The notes below the pieces were generated by a model. It was not told the origin of the DNA. It saw only the letters and a program-made list of their open reading frames with translations, and ran no database searches. A DNA stretch of 64,000 nt from an uncultured Enterobacteriaceae bacterium. Lineage in GTDB: Bacteria; Desulfobacterota; Binatia; Bin18. The stretch is from positions 63,348 through 127,347 of the forward strand of contig CAYTVL010000005.1 in the NCBI GenBank assembly GCA_964441775.1. Reading direction: 5' to 3'. Of the stretch, positions 19,454-29,912 are shown piece by piece. A program made the position numbers and the translations under genes. Position 1 is the stretch's first letter. Each line of letters opens with the position of its first letter.

Positions 19454-22400
19454 CCTCTTCATCCGTCGACCAGTGCTGTCGCTCGTCGTGAGCCTGTTGA
19501 TCTTCCTCATCGGCTTGCGCTCACTCTTGAGCTTGCCGATCCGGCAGTACCCGCAGCTCGAAACCGCCACCATCACCGTGACCACGCTTTACCCAGGCGC
19601 TTCCTCAGACCTGGTGCAAGGCTTCATTACCACCCCTATCGCTCAATCCATCGCAACCGCGAATGGCGTGGAATATCTCACCTCTGCTTCGACGCAAGGG
19701 CACAGCCGAATCTCGGCGCGGCTGCGACTGAACGCCAACTCGGACCGGGCCATGACGGAAATCATCGCTAAGGTCAACGAAGTCAAGTATCGCGTTCCGA
19801 AAGAAGCCTATGATCCCGTCATTACTAAAGCTACGGGAGAGACCACGGCGGTGATGTACATCGGCTTCGCCAGCGACCGGCTTTCTATTCCCGCCATTAC
19901 GGACTACCTCGTCCGGGTCGCGCAGCCTTTGATCGCGACCATTCCCGGCGTGGCTTCGGCGGATGTGTCGGGCGGCCAGCAGTTGGCGATGCGGATTTGG
20001 ATGGACCCGGCTCGGCTAGCGGCCTACGGCATCACCGCGAGTGACATTGCCGACGCCCTGCGTCGCAATAACGTCCAAGCCGCGCCCGGACAAACAAAGG
20101 GCGCGTATACGATCGCCAACATCACGGCAGATACCGATTTAACTGATGTTGACGCGTTTCGGAGAATGGTGGTGAAAGCCGAGAGCGGCGGACTGGTCCG
20201 TCTTGAGGATGTCGCGATTGTGGAGCTGGGCGGGCAGAACTACGAACAGAGCGCTCTGATGGACGGCAAACCTACGGTCTTTATCGCGGTCAATGCGACC
20301 CCGACAGGAAACCCGTTAACAATCGTCCGCGACGTGAAAGCCTTGCTTCCGCGTATCGAACGCAGCCTACCCCCGGGGCTCACCTTGGCGGTCGATTTCG
20401 ATGTGGCCAAGTTTATCTCCGCCTCGATAGACGAAGTCATCAAAACGTTGCTTGAGGCCATTGGCATTGTCGTGCTCATCATCTTTATCTTCCTTGGTTC
20501 TCTACGGGCGGTCCTCATTCCGATTGTCACCATTCCGCTCTCTCTGATCGGCGCGGGCACCCTCATGCTGGCGTTCGGGTTCAGCTTGAACTTACTGACC
20601 CTGTTGGCGATGGTCCTCGCCATTGGCTTAGTGGTAGATGACGCCATTGTGGTCGTCGAAAACGTGCATCGTCACATAGAACAAGGCAAGTCTCCGGTGA
20701 CGGCGGCGCTGATCGGGGCGCGGGAAATCGCCGGACCCATCATTGCCATGACGATCACGCTCGCCGCCGTCTACGCGCCTATTGGGTTCATGGGCGGGCT
20801 TACAGGCTCACTGTTTCGCGAGTTTGCCTTTACCCTGGCGGGCGCTGTGCTTGTGTCCGGGGTGGTGGCGCTGTCCCTCTCACCGATGATGGCGTCCTTC
20901 TTGTTGACGGACTCGATGACGGAAGGCCGATTCGCCCGCAAGGTCGAGCACTCCTTCGCTCGACTTACTGCTGTCTATTCTGCTCTTCTTCATCGTAGTC
21001 TGAACAATCGCGCAGCGGTGCTCGTGTTCGGCCTGGGTATTATTGGCGGCATCGTTCTTTTGTTTTCCGGGGCCAAGCATGAACTCGCTCCCTCTGAAGA
21101 TCAAGGATATGTGCTGGCTGCTATGAAGGGACCGCAGTACGCCAATCTCGATTACACCGAGGTGTTTGCACGCCGACTGGATAAACTCTTCCACTCATTG
21201 CCGGAAGCGGACTCCACGTTCATTCTCAATGGGAGCGACGGACCGAATAACGGGTTCGGCGGCGTGAACCTGACCGAGTGGGGCAAGCGCTCGCGGCGCG
21301 CTCAAGAGTTATTGTACGTGGTGCAAGGTGGAGCTGGACAAATCGAGGGGCAAAGTATTTTCACGTTCCTCTCCCCGGCGCTGCCCGGCTCCACTGGCGG
21401 GTTGCCGGTACAAATGGTGATCCGCAGCACCGAGAGTTTTGAATCGGTATACACGGCCATGGACCGGCTCAAAGAAGCCGCGCGAGCAAGCGGGCTCTTT
21501 CTAGTGGTGGACAGCGATCTTGCATTTGACAAACCACTTGTGCGTCTTCACGTCAATCGAGCAAAAGCAAACGAGTTGGGCGTGACGATGGACGCCATTG
21601 CTGACACGCTGGCGGTGATGGTCGGGGAAAATTATGTCAACCGTTTCAACCTCCGTGGCCGTTCCTACGATGTAATTCCTCAAGTCCCACGGACGGAGCG
21701 TCTTTCCCCTGAGCGTCTCGGCGCTTACTACATCAAGACAGCAAGCGGTCAGCTCATTCCGCTTTCGACGGTGGTCGATATCTCCACAGGTGTGGAACCA
21801 AATAAGCGGACACAGTTCAATCAGCTCAATTCCGCTATCTTCCAGGCCATTCCCACGCCTGGCGTCATCCTCGGGGACGCCGTCGCTTTTCTTGAGGCGC
21901 AAGCTCGCGAGCTGCCGCCCACGTTTTCGTATGATTGGCTTGGGGACACGCGGCAGTACATCCAGGAAGGCAATCAGCTCACGATTACGTTTGTGTTTGC
22001 ACTGATTGTGATTTTTCTTGTCTTGGCGGCGCAATTCGAGAGTTTACGCGATCCTCCGGTGATCCTCGTGAGCGTCCCGCTCTCGATTTGTGGGGCGTTG
22101 ATGCCGCTCTATCTGGGCTTCGCAACGCTGAACATCTATACCCAGATCGGCCTCGTGACGTTGATCGGTTTGATCTCGAAGCACGGGATTTTGATGGTCG
22201 AGTTCGCCAATGAACTGCAACGGACGGAAAATCTCGATCGTCGCAACGCGATTGAGCAAGCGGCAGCCGTGCGCTTGAGGCCGATTCTCATGACCACCGC
22301 CGCTATGGTCATGGGGCTCATTCCTCTCATGTTTGCCAACGGGGCCGGTGCGGCGAGTCGCTACGCCATCGGCATTGTGGTGATTCTGGGGATGTTAGTG

Positions 22401-22529
22401 GGCACTTTGTTTACGCTCTTCGTGCTGCCGACTGTGTACAGCTTTCTTGCGAAAGATCATCACGCCTCACTCCGCTCTGAACGTGCACGGCAACTGACGG
22501 TCACAACGGAAAATGAATCAGCCGCATAG
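19440..22529 (+). CDS. RND efflux permease (MexW/MexI-like)
   Basis: FTDLFIRRPV, GLVVDDAIVVVEN, RLRPILMTT. Overlaps the end of the adaptor gene. Confidence 0.95.
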   Translation: MSFTDLFIRRPVLSLVVSLLIFLIGLRSLLSLPIRQYPQLETATITVTTLYPGASSDLVQGFITTPIAQSIATANGVEYLTSASTQGHSRISARLRLNANSDRAMTEIIAKVNEVKYRVPKEAYDPVITKATGETTAVMYIGFASDRLSIPAITDYLVRVAQPLIATIPGVASADVSGGQQLAMRIWMDPARLAAYGITASDIADALRRNNVQAAPGQTKGAYTIANITADTDLTDVDAFRRMVVKAESGGLVRLEDVAIVELGGQNYEQSALMDGKPTVFIAVNATPTGNPLTIVRDVKALLPRIERSLPPGLTLAVDFDVAKFISASIDEVIKTLLEAIGIVVLIIFIFLGSLRAVLIPIVTIPLSLIGAGTLMLAFGFSLNLLTLLAMVLAIGLVVDDAIVVVENVHRHIEQGKSPVTAALIGAREIAGPIIAMTITLAAVYAPIGFMGGLTGSLFREFAFTLAGAVLVSGVVALSLSPMMASFLLTDSMTEGRFARKVEHSFARLTAVYSALLHRSLNNRAAVLVFGLGIIGGIVLLFSGAKHELAPSEDQGYVLAAMKGPQYANLDYTEVFARRLDKLFHSLPEADSTFILNGSDGPNNGFGGVNLTEWGKRSRRAQELLYVVQGGAGQIEGQSIFTFLSPALPGSTGGLPVQMVIRSTESFESVYTAMDRLKEAARASGLFLVVDSDLAFDKPLVRLHVNRAKANELGVTMDAIADTLAVMVGENYVNRFNLRGRSYDVIPQVPRTERLSPERLGAYYIKTASGQLIPLSTVVDISTGVEPNKRTQFNQLNSAIFQAIPTPGVILGDAVAFLEAQARELPPTFSYDWLGDTRQYIQEGNQLTITFVFALIVIFLVLAAQFESLRDPPVILVSVPLSICGALMPLYLGFATLNIYTQIGLVTLIGLISKHGILMVEFANELQRTENLDRRNAIEQAAAVRLRPILMTTAAMVMGLIPLMFANGAGAASRYAIGIVVILGMLVGTLFTLFVLPTVYSFLAKDHHASLRSERARQLTVTTENESAA

Positions 22530-22546
22530 CAACAGGAGAGTTTTGC

Positions 22547-23452
22547 ATGTCGACAAGCCTGCGCCGCCCAACGACGATCGCTGAACTGCGCGAACGTCAG
22601 CAACACATGCTGACCGAGGAAGGGCTGCGGCGCGCTCTTGCCTTTCAGCCGCAACCGACGGATGTCATCATCACCCCGTACGCCAAGTCGGGGACCACTT
22701 GGGTGCAGCAAATCGTGCACGGTCTCCGCACGCGCGGCGATACGCAATTTGACGAAATCACCTCCGTGATCCCGTGGATCGAAATGGCGCATGATCTGGG
22801 CATGGACCTGGATCAGCCCCAAGTCGGATACCCCCGTGCATTCAAGAGCCACTTCAGGTGGGAGCTTGTACCGAAAGGGGCGCGCTATATCTATGTGATC
22901 CGCGATCCCAAAGATGTCGTGGTGTCCATGTATCATTTTATGGAAGGCTGGTGGTTCGAGTCCGGCTCCATCCCGCTTGCCGTCTTTACCCGTGAACAGT
23001 TCTTGCAGAATAATCGTAGAGTTTCTTATTGGGCGCACATCCGCTCGTGGTGGCCGCATCGTCACGACCCCGAGGTGTTGTTCTTGTGCTATGAGGACAT
23101 GAAGCAGGATTTACCGGGCACAGTCCGACGCATTGCGGCGTTCATAGGTTGTACATTGGAGGATAAATTATTGGACATCGTGGTGCGGCAATCCTCGCTG
23201 GAGTTTATGCGCACCCACAAGCGGCAGTTTGACGATCACTTGATCCGAGCATCGCGCGACGCCCTCTGCGGACTACCGCCTGGAGGCGATACTTCCAAAG
23301 TCAGGACGGGAAACGTGGGCGATCACGCGCAGGAATTATCCCCCGAGCTGAGCGCGGAATTGGACAAGCGTTGGCAGGAAGAAATTGAAGCAACCTTGGG
23401 GTTCTCGTCCTATGCAGCGCTGCGCACCGCGTTGGCGTCGCACGTCAAGTAG
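22547..23452 (+). CDS. Sulfotransferase domain protein
   Basis: PAPS-binding YAKSGTTW, RDPKDVVVSMYHF, YEDMKQD. Confidence 0.88.
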   Translation: MSTSLRRPTTIAELRERQQHMLTEEGLRRALAFQPQPTDVIITPYAKSGTTWVQQIVHGLRTRGDTQFDEITSVIPWIEMAHDLGMDLDQPQVGYPRAFKSHFRWELVPKGARYIYVIRDPKDVVVSMYHFMEGWWFESGSIPLAVFTREQFLQNNRRVSYWAHIRSWWPHRHDPEVLFLCYEDMKQDLPGTVRRIAAFIGCTLEDKLLDIVVRQSSLEFMRTHKRQFDDHLIRASRDALCGLPPGGDTSKVRTGNVGDHAQELSPELSAELDKRWQEEIEATLGFSSYAALRTALASHVK

Positions 23453-23456
23453 TCCC

Positions 23457-24512
23457 TCAACGCAAAGCCTTCCGCACAAACTCTTGCTGAATCGGAGTGA
23501 GCTTGGTAAGGGCCTCTTCGCCGATGCGAGTGGTCTGGTCCAGCAACGCCGGGCCCCACGATTCCGAGTCGTCTTCTGGACAGAAAGTGACACCGAAGAG
23601 TGAGGCTGAGGTAAAATCCGCTCCACGCAGATCAGCCCCGCGAAAATTCGCACCTTCAACATCAGCATTGTTTCCGCGCCAGCTCCGAAAAGACGCCGCC
23701 CGCAGGTTGGCTCCTTCGAAATGCGCGTTGGACAGATTGGCGCCGTCGAAGCAGGCCCCAGCCAAGTGCGCCCCGACAAAATGTGCGTCGCGCAGCAATG
23801 CTCCACGCGCTTGTAAACCGCTGAGTTTCAGCCCTTCCGCCCACAGCCCCAGGATATTACGGCCCGAAACGTCGCGCTGCTGTAAAAGGGCGCGGCTTTC
23901 AGCGTGGCTCAACGCAGGCACGATATACCGTTGCTCTCGCCAGGGGTCAGCTTCGTTATGATACCCAGCCTCGCCTTCCCAATAACCGAGCTGATCGTGT
24001 TCCAGCACGCGAATCTCTTCCAGCCACTTGATGCTTTTGTATAAATAACGTCCCGGCACAATCACCCGAACCGGGCCGCCATGTTCGGGAGGCAATGGTT
24101 GCTCTTGGTAGTGGAGCGCTACTAGCGGGTCCAGCTCAACAGCCACCCCGATGGGAAGTGAGGTACTGTGGCCCCGAGCGCTGCGTGCAACGAAGGACAG
24201 ATAGCGCGCTGTTGGCAAAGGTTGACAGGTTTCAAGTAAGACGCGAAGCGGCGCCCCGACAAAGGGCATGGCGACCTGGGACCAGCGTGTCACACAGTGA
24301 AGATCAAGTTGACGAGAAACCTGCGGCAAAGCGTGCAGCTCCGCAAGCGTCCAGGTGCACGAACGGGCGACCAACCCAGAGACCCGCACCTGCCACGGTT
24401 CCCGCTGTCGTTGCGGGTCAGCCGTCGCTTCGCCGACCATTGGCCATTTCCCTGGAGCAGCTAATTGTTGATGCGGAGGAAGAGTGGCGGATTTCGTCAT
24501 CGGGGCACACAC
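23457..24512 (-). CDS. Molybdopterin-dependent oxidoreductase (sulfite-oxidase family) fused to pentapeptide repeats
   Basis: LHCVTRWS, HGGPVRVIVPGRYLYKSIKW, GYWE, then repeats such as AHLAG/ANLSN/ANLRA/ADLRG/ADFTS. Confidence 0.85.
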   Translation of the reverse strand: MCAPMTKSATLPPHQQLAAPGKWPMVGEATADPQRQREPWQVRVSGLVARSCTWTLAELHALPQVSRQLDLHCVTRWSQVAMPFVGAPLRVLLETCQPLPTARYLSFVARSARGHSTSLPIGVAVELDPLVALHYQEQPLPPEHGGPVRVIVPGRYLYKSIKWLEEIRVLEHDQLGYWEGEAGYHNEADPWREQRYIVPALSHAESRALLQQRDVSGRNILGLWAEGLKLSGLQARGALLRDAHFVGAHLAGACFDGANLSNAHFEGANLRAASFRSWRGNNADVEGANFRGADLRGADFTSASLFGVTFCPEDDSESWGPALLDQTTRIGEEALTKLTPIQQEFVRKALR

Positions 24513-25072
24513 GTTCGCATCTCCCTCAAGGGAGCAGTCGCGACAGAGTCAAAGCCAATGGATATCGACGGCATTCTGCGTTGGTCCATGATATCTCAAG
24601 TCCACTAACTGCTCAGCTCACTCTCCAGTCTTTGCTTTCGCTCGCTCGCGAGTTGATGAGGTATTTGTCATGTTGGTAGCTTACATCCGCATCACTTTTC
24701 TGTCTTGCCCCTCCCTGACTCCTTAGTAGTCTGCAAACTGCAAACAGAAGTCGTCAATGTCACCGAACAGCGCGGCTAGGATCTCCATACGAGAACCTCC
24801 TCGGGCGGATGGTGTCGGTTGCACTCATTCCCCTCCTGAAGAGGTCTCTCGTTTCCTCCTCCTTCCGTCGAACTCAGGTCTATAGATATTTGGTGCACGG
24901 TAGGGTAGAGTCTGGGGGGTCCTCGCCGTAGAGATCCTGGGAACCAGCGGTTCGAAGGATATAAGAGAGACGCCTATCGAAGCGAGGCAGCTCCTTACCA
25001 ACCAGGGTCCTCCCGTACGAACTATTAAGGTAATTTGCATTATAGAGGTATTCGCATAGAGGAGAGCAGACG

Positions 25073-26935
25073 ATGTCGATTAGGATTGACCCCAATACTG
25101 GACTGAAGATCTTCAACACCCGTGCCGCGAGCACGATGGACAATGTGGTAGGGAGAGGCTACTCGGTCACCCAAGATGAGTCGCTCAAGACACTTCCGCC
25201 GCAGCCGCCGGGTGCGGTGTTCAATGCCGAGGAACAGGCGAAGTATCGCGCTTTCAAGGAGGAGCGCCGGGGGGCGGCGGATTACATGGCGATGGAAGGC
25301 GAGTTTAGCAAGTACCTTGAGGACGTGTACTCCGCTGCTCCGGTCCCTCGCGACGCCCTAACCGACGAGTGTGAAATCCTGGTGGTAGGCGCCGGCTTTG
25401 CCGGTCTGTTGTTGTGGCACAAGCTGAGCCAGGCGGGGTTTAGCGACGTGCGGTTCTGTGAGAAGGGCGGTGATGTCGGCGGCACTTGGTACTGGAACCG
25501 GTATCCGGGTATTGCCTGTGATGTGGAGTCGTACAGTTATTTCCCGTTACTGGAGGAGATGGGCTATTTCCCGACGATGAAATTTGCGTCGGGGTTTGAG
25601 ATCTTCGAGTACTGCCAAAAAATGGCCGAAAAGTTCGGCTTCTATGATCACTGTTTGTTCCACACCACGGTGGAAAAGACCGAGTGGGACGAAGGCGCTG
25701 GGCGTTGGATCGTGCACACCAACCGCGGCGACGCCATGCGAGCACGATATCTGGTCTACGCGAACGGGATCCTTACCACACCGAAGCTGGCCCGTATCGA
25801 GGGTATGGAGACATTCCAGGGCGAGTCGTTCCACACCTCGCGTTGGAAGTACAACGTCGCCTTGGACGGGAAGCGGGTCGGGATTATCGGGACGGGGGCG
25901 ACTGCGGTGCAGGTCATTCCGGAACTGGCAAAGATCGTTGATGAGCTGTACGTATTCCAGCGCACGCCGTCAACGATCGATGTGCGTGACCAGCGCGAAA
26001 CGAAGCCGGAGGAGATCGACGAGTGGTCACGTGAGCCGAGCTGGGCGAGAGCCCGCCGGGCGCGATTCGCCCGTATCTCTGAGGGCCGCACGGCGATCCA
26101 GGCCAACGACGACTACCTCGCCGGCCGGGTCGCTGATTTCAGAGAGCGCAAGCAGCACGAAACCAGGTTGGCGCCCGAGGAGCTGGTGAAGAAGCAGTTG
26201 AACACGAACTTCCGGATTATGGAGCAGATCCGGGCTCGGGTAGATGCGATCGTACAGGACCCCAAAACCGCTGCGGCCCTTAGGCCGTACTACCCGTACG
26301 GGTGCAAGCGGCCCACCTTCCACGATGAATACCTCCCGTCATTCAACATGCCGCATGTTCATCTGGTGGACACCGCGCCGCTTGGCGTGTGCAAGATCAA
26401 CGTAAACGGGGTCGTGCACGACGGAGTTGAGTACCCGCTCGATGTGTTGATCTATGCGACTGGGTTCCAATGGATGGCGAGTGGTTTATTCGAAAAGACG
26501 GCAGGCCGCGACGGCCGCACTATCAAGGAGACGTGGGATGCAGAGGGCACCAAGACCTTTCTCGGTATCCACACGAAAGGCTTCCCGAACCTCTTCATCA
26601 TGACTGGCCCCCAGGGTGGCGGCGGCAGCTTCAACTTCACCGACGCCATCGACGCCCATGGCGACTACCTCGTGTGGATGCTGTCGACCCTGCGTGACCG
26701 AGGCGAGAACCTCATTGACGTTCACCGCCAGCCGCAAGAGGAATACGCCGAACACTGCCGCCAGGTAGACATCATGAGTGCGCCGCTGCGCGACTGTCTA
26801 TCGTACTACAACGGGCATGGCGACGCTGAACCCGGAAGCCTGGCCTATTACGGCGGTGGCCGCTGGCACAAGTACCGTAGAGCCGCGCAGGACACGCTCG
26901 AGCCCTACCGCTTTGGTCGGGTAACGTCTGATTGA
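25073..26935 (+). CDS. Baeyer-Villiger-type flavin monooxygenase
   Basis: [23 protein letters not shown] fingerprint FQGESFHTSRW, IGTGATAVQ. Confidence 0.92.
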   Translation: MSIRIDPNTGLKIFNTRAASTMDNVVGRGYSVTQDESLKTLPPQPPGAVFNAEEQAKYRAFKEERRGAADYMAMEGEFSKYLEDVYSAAPVPRDALTDECEILVVGAGFAGLLLWHKLSQAGFSDVRFCEKGGDVGGTWYWNRYPGIACDVESYSYFPLLEEMGYFPTMKFASGFEIFEYCQKMAEKFGFYDHCLFHTTVEKTEWDEGAGRWIVHTNRGDAMRARYLVYANGILTTPKLARIEGMETFQGESFHTSRWKYNVALDGKRVGIIGTGATAVQVIPELAKIVDELYVFQRTPSTIDVRDQRETKPEEIDEWSREPSWARARRARFARISEGRTAIQANDDYLAGRVADFRERKQHETRLAPEELVKKQLNTNFRIMEQIRARVDAIVQDPKTAAALRPYYPYGCKRPTFHDEYLPSFNMPHVHLVDTAPLGVCKINVNGVVHDGVEYPLDVLIYATGFQWMASGLFEKTAGRDGRTIKETWDAEGTKTFLGIHTKGFPNLFIMTGPQGGGGSFNFTDAIDAHGDYLVWMLSTLRDRGENLIDVHRQPQEEYAEHCRQVDIMSAPLRDCLSYYNGHGDAEPGSLAYYGGGRWHKYRRAAQDTLEPYRFGRVTSD

Positions 26936-27426
26936 TTGGGGCGGGCGCAGTTTCTTCCGCTTCTTGTCGAAGCTTATAGCCAAGTTGGACAGGTACAAGA
27001 GAGACTCACGTTGCTGACTGAAGCGTTGACCGCGATACAGAAGACCGGAGAACGGAACTACGAAGCGGAGTTATTGCGGTTTCAGGGAGAACTCCTGCTG
27101 GTGCAGGAAAGCACGGGGCAGCAAGCGCAAAGCCGAAAGCCAAAAGTCAAAGGGCTAAAGTCCAGAGTCGAACGTCCGCCAACGCCAATCCCCAATCGGA
27201 AGCGGAAGGGTGCTTCCTCAACGCCATTGAGATCGCCCGACGGCAACACGCCAAATCATTGGAACTGCGCGCGGTGATGAGTCTTGCTCGAGTCTGGCAG
27301 CAGCGAGGCAAAAAAGCTGAAGCCCAGCAAATGCTTGTTGATGTATACAACTGGTTCACCGAAGGGTTTGATACCAAGGACTTGCAAGAGGCGAAAGTGC
27401 TGCTCGACCAGTTATCCTCTTCTTGA
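26936..27426 (+). pseudogene. C-terminal TPR remnant of a STAND/cyclase-type protein, frameshifted
   Basis: LLVEAY...GERNYEAELLRFQGELLL is in frame 2 and EAEGCFLNAIEIARRQHAKSLELRA...WFTEGFDTKDLQEAK in frame 1. There is no upstream domain or good start. Confidence 0.85.
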
Positions 27427-27533
27427 GTCAGCGCTAGAGACCAATGAGACATACAAGATTATCACTTCATGTGATCCTGTCCTTCGCGAGAGGAAGGCTG
27501 CACTTCTCCTGGTGAAGGATCCACCGCTACACC

Positions 27534-28457
27534 TTACCGCCGAAAGCCGCCATGGAAATGCCCTCCACCCAGGTGCATAGCTCCGAGCCCACCCCTGAAA
27601 CCGAAGACCGGGGGAGAGGACAATCGTGGCGTCATAGGTACTACTCGGACGGGAGGATTCATCCGCGCCGGGGCAAAGACGCGTGGTCGAACCACAGAAC
27701 CAACAAAAGGCGCGATTCTTGGACGACACCGCCATGCAGGGCACGGTATGAACATGTGATGATGCAGAAATGGGGAAAACACAGGACGGGGCGCGATCAC
27801 AACGGTTGGCCCAGAACGAAATTCACTTTGCCACTGGTATGGCCAAACAGGGGCTTGCTCATAGAGGAGCGCTGGCGCTTCACTGGCCACAGCTGGTCGG
27901 TCCTCTGGAGTGACGAATGGGAGTTGTTCAGTTGCCTCTTCCTCCAGAGGAGCAAAAAACGGAGTCATCACGGCGCGGACAATTGCTTCAGCCCCATCCG
28001 CCGACACCGACAGGTGGCCAGCGCTCGCTGCCCGGCGGGCAGCCGCGAGCACGTCGTAGAAAATCTCTGGGGTTAGCTCGGCATTACGGGACCAACCGCC
28101 CTGCGGTGAGATCTCGACGCGCTCCAGCGCGCTCCACGCATCCTCCTCCGGCTGGTGAATCAACCCGAGGTCGAGTGCGAGTTTCCTAGTGATGCGCATA
28201 AGCGCCGTATCCGCTGCCCTCTGGCTGCCGGATCGTATGGTCGATTGCGGAAGGCGCATCATCGACACTAAGGGGACATCCTGTTGCTGCTGGACCTTCG
28301 GCACCGCCTGGCTTGCACGTTCGTCGGCTCCCTGAGTCACTTCCATTCTCTCCATTCCATGGGCTTGTTCTGCGGAGGCAGGAGGAATCTGAAGCGAACA
28401 GAGAGTGAGGATCAAAACGAGGAAAACGATCGCGGAGATCACCTCATAAGAACGCAT
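27534..28457 (-). CDS. Hypothetical exported protein with a low-complexity Pro/Arg/Gly tail
   Basis: 307-aa ORF with a hydrophobic N-terminal signal ending in ASA. GGAGG RBS. Confidence 0.6.
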   Translation of the reverse strand: MRSYEVISAIVFLVLILTLCSLQIPPASAEQAHGMERMEVTQGADERASQAVPKVQQQQDVPLVSMMRLPQSTIRSGSQRAADTALMRITRKLALDLGLIHQPEEDAWSALERVEISPQGGWSRNAELTPEIFYDVLAAARRAASAGHLSVSADGAEAIVRAVMTPFFAPLEEEATEQLPFVTPEDRPAVASEAPALLYEQAPVWPYQWQSEFRSGPTVVIAPRPVFSPFLHHHMFIPCPAWRCRPRIAPFVGSVVRPRVFAPARMNPPVRVVPMTPRLSSPPVFGFRGGLGAMHLGGGHFHGGFRR

Positions 28458-28992
28458 AGGTTACCTCCATCTCTCTGGGTGCGGATGTCATGTTGCGCCG
28501 GTAAGGCCAGAGGAAAAGCGACACAACGTTATCATCAAGGATAGGCCTCGTTGGCTGGACCGTCAATCTCAGCGGGAGTAACCTCGCACAAGGGTGCTAG
28601 CAAGACCACCAAGAAGTCGGATCTCCCGCAACGTTGATGGTCTCCGAGGCGTCGCCTTCACTTCTGACTTCCAAGACGAAGTGAGGACCTGCGTCACGAC
28701 TTCCCTCGAGTTTTCACAAACCAGAGAGGTGGATGAGCAGAAATATCATTTTCTGTTATTCATGCAGACGTCGACAAGTTGATGAAGGATGCGACATCGC
28801 GCTCCATCGCCGGCGCAGGCTTCGCTGAGTAGAGAGACAAGGAATCCCTTCCAAAATGGGGATACGTGCTAATCATGAACGACCAATCATCCGCGTGTTT
28901 TCGATACCCTGTCAAGCAAGGAATCCCCCCATAGATAGGTTGCCCCCGGTTTGGAACGCTCTCCTACAAAGAGTCCCGCAGACGCCATGCGC

Positions 28993-29793
28993 TCATTCCC
29001 GGTGCGCTGAGGCCAACTGCGTATTGCGGCGGAGCGCACCATCCCTCCGGTTGCTCCCTGCTCCTGGTTGCATGCCCATCGCGTTCCGCGCCGGTGTCCC
29101 CCGTCGCGCCGAGGACTGCGATTTCACTGCTGGCCCAGGCAAGCCGAGGAGCATGGTGACGTGGGCCGCGACAAAGTCGCGCCACGCCGGGTCGCCCACC
29201 AAGTCTGGGTGCAGCGTGTCCATGTGATTCAGTCCCATGAGGAATACGATTAAGGCGCGCGCGGTGAACTCTGGCGACCGCCGCGCCGCGCGGACTCCGG
29301 CCCGCGGCTGCGCTTCCAGGAGAGCGCGGATTTTCCCCAGCGCCATCTCGTTGTAGGCAGCAAGCAGTTTGCGCACCTCCGGGTCGCGCCGCGCGACCGC
29401 GTGCACTTCTACAGAGAGCTGGCGCAGCAGCGTCAGGGTGGGGTCAGTAAAGCGGGCCGCCACTTCGGGCAGCAGCGCGGCGTCCTCTTCGTCGCTGCTC
29501 CGCTCAAACGAGAGCGGCAGCGCCTCCAGCGCGCGCTTCACCACCTCAAGTAATAGTTCGGCCTTGCTCGTGAAATGTCGATAGATGGCGCCAGCGGTAA
29601 TGCCGCTCCGCTCGGCGATCACCGGCATTGAGGTACTGGCAAAGCCGTGTTCGGCGAAGAGCTGCGCCGCTGCGGTCAAGATGCGCTCGCGCGTGGGTGT
29701 CATCGCGCGCGCGGCGCCAGCGGTCGTTTGGCGCCGCGGTGGTGTGGCCGCCTCGATTGCCTCATTCTGCGTGACTACTGGAAAAGAACTCAT
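28993..29793 (-). CDS. TetR/AcrR family regulator
   Basis: TRERILTAAAQLFAEHGF...IAERSGITAGAIYRHFTSK. Confidence 0.92.
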   Translation of the reverse strand: MSSFPVVTQNEAIEAATPPRRQTTAGAARAMTPTRERILTAAAQLFAEHGFASTSMPVIAERSGITAGAIYRHFTSKAELLLEVVKRALEALPLSFERSSDEEDAALLPEVAARFTDPTLTLLRQLSVEVHAVARRDPEVRKLLAAYNEMALGKIRALLEAQPRAGVRAARRSPEFTARALIVFLMGLNHMDTLHPDLVGDPAWRDFVAAHVTMLLGLPGPAVKSQSSARRGTPARNAMGMQPGAGSNRRDGALRRNTQLASAHRE

Positions 29794-29818
29794 GGCTCCA
29801 CACCATATCCATCCGCAC

Positions 29819-29870
29819 TTGACAAGTAAATAGCCATTTACTAGTGTACGTAAATAAATGTTCATTTACT
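29819..29870 (+). promoter_or_regulatory. sigma70 promoter with two palindromic operator sites
   Basis: TTGACA 29819-29824 and TAGTGT 29842-29847. AGTAAATAGCCATTTACT (29825-29842) and AATAAATGTTCATTTACT (29853-29870). Confidence 0.75.
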
Positions 29871-29912
29871 TCGTTCTGGTACGGAACGATCTACCCTATA
29901 AAGGAGGGAACC

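Noticed and set aside
22460-23065. Long antisense ORFs in the track (also 5068..5640, 6994..7590, 14715..15287, 40110..41156, 53788..54690)
   Set aside because: They are shadows of well-supported genes on the opposite strand in GC-rich DNA and have no motifs.
24700-25070. Short ORFs or ncRNA in a compositionally odd intergenic stretch
   Set aside because: No recognisable motif, RBS-supported ORF or structure.
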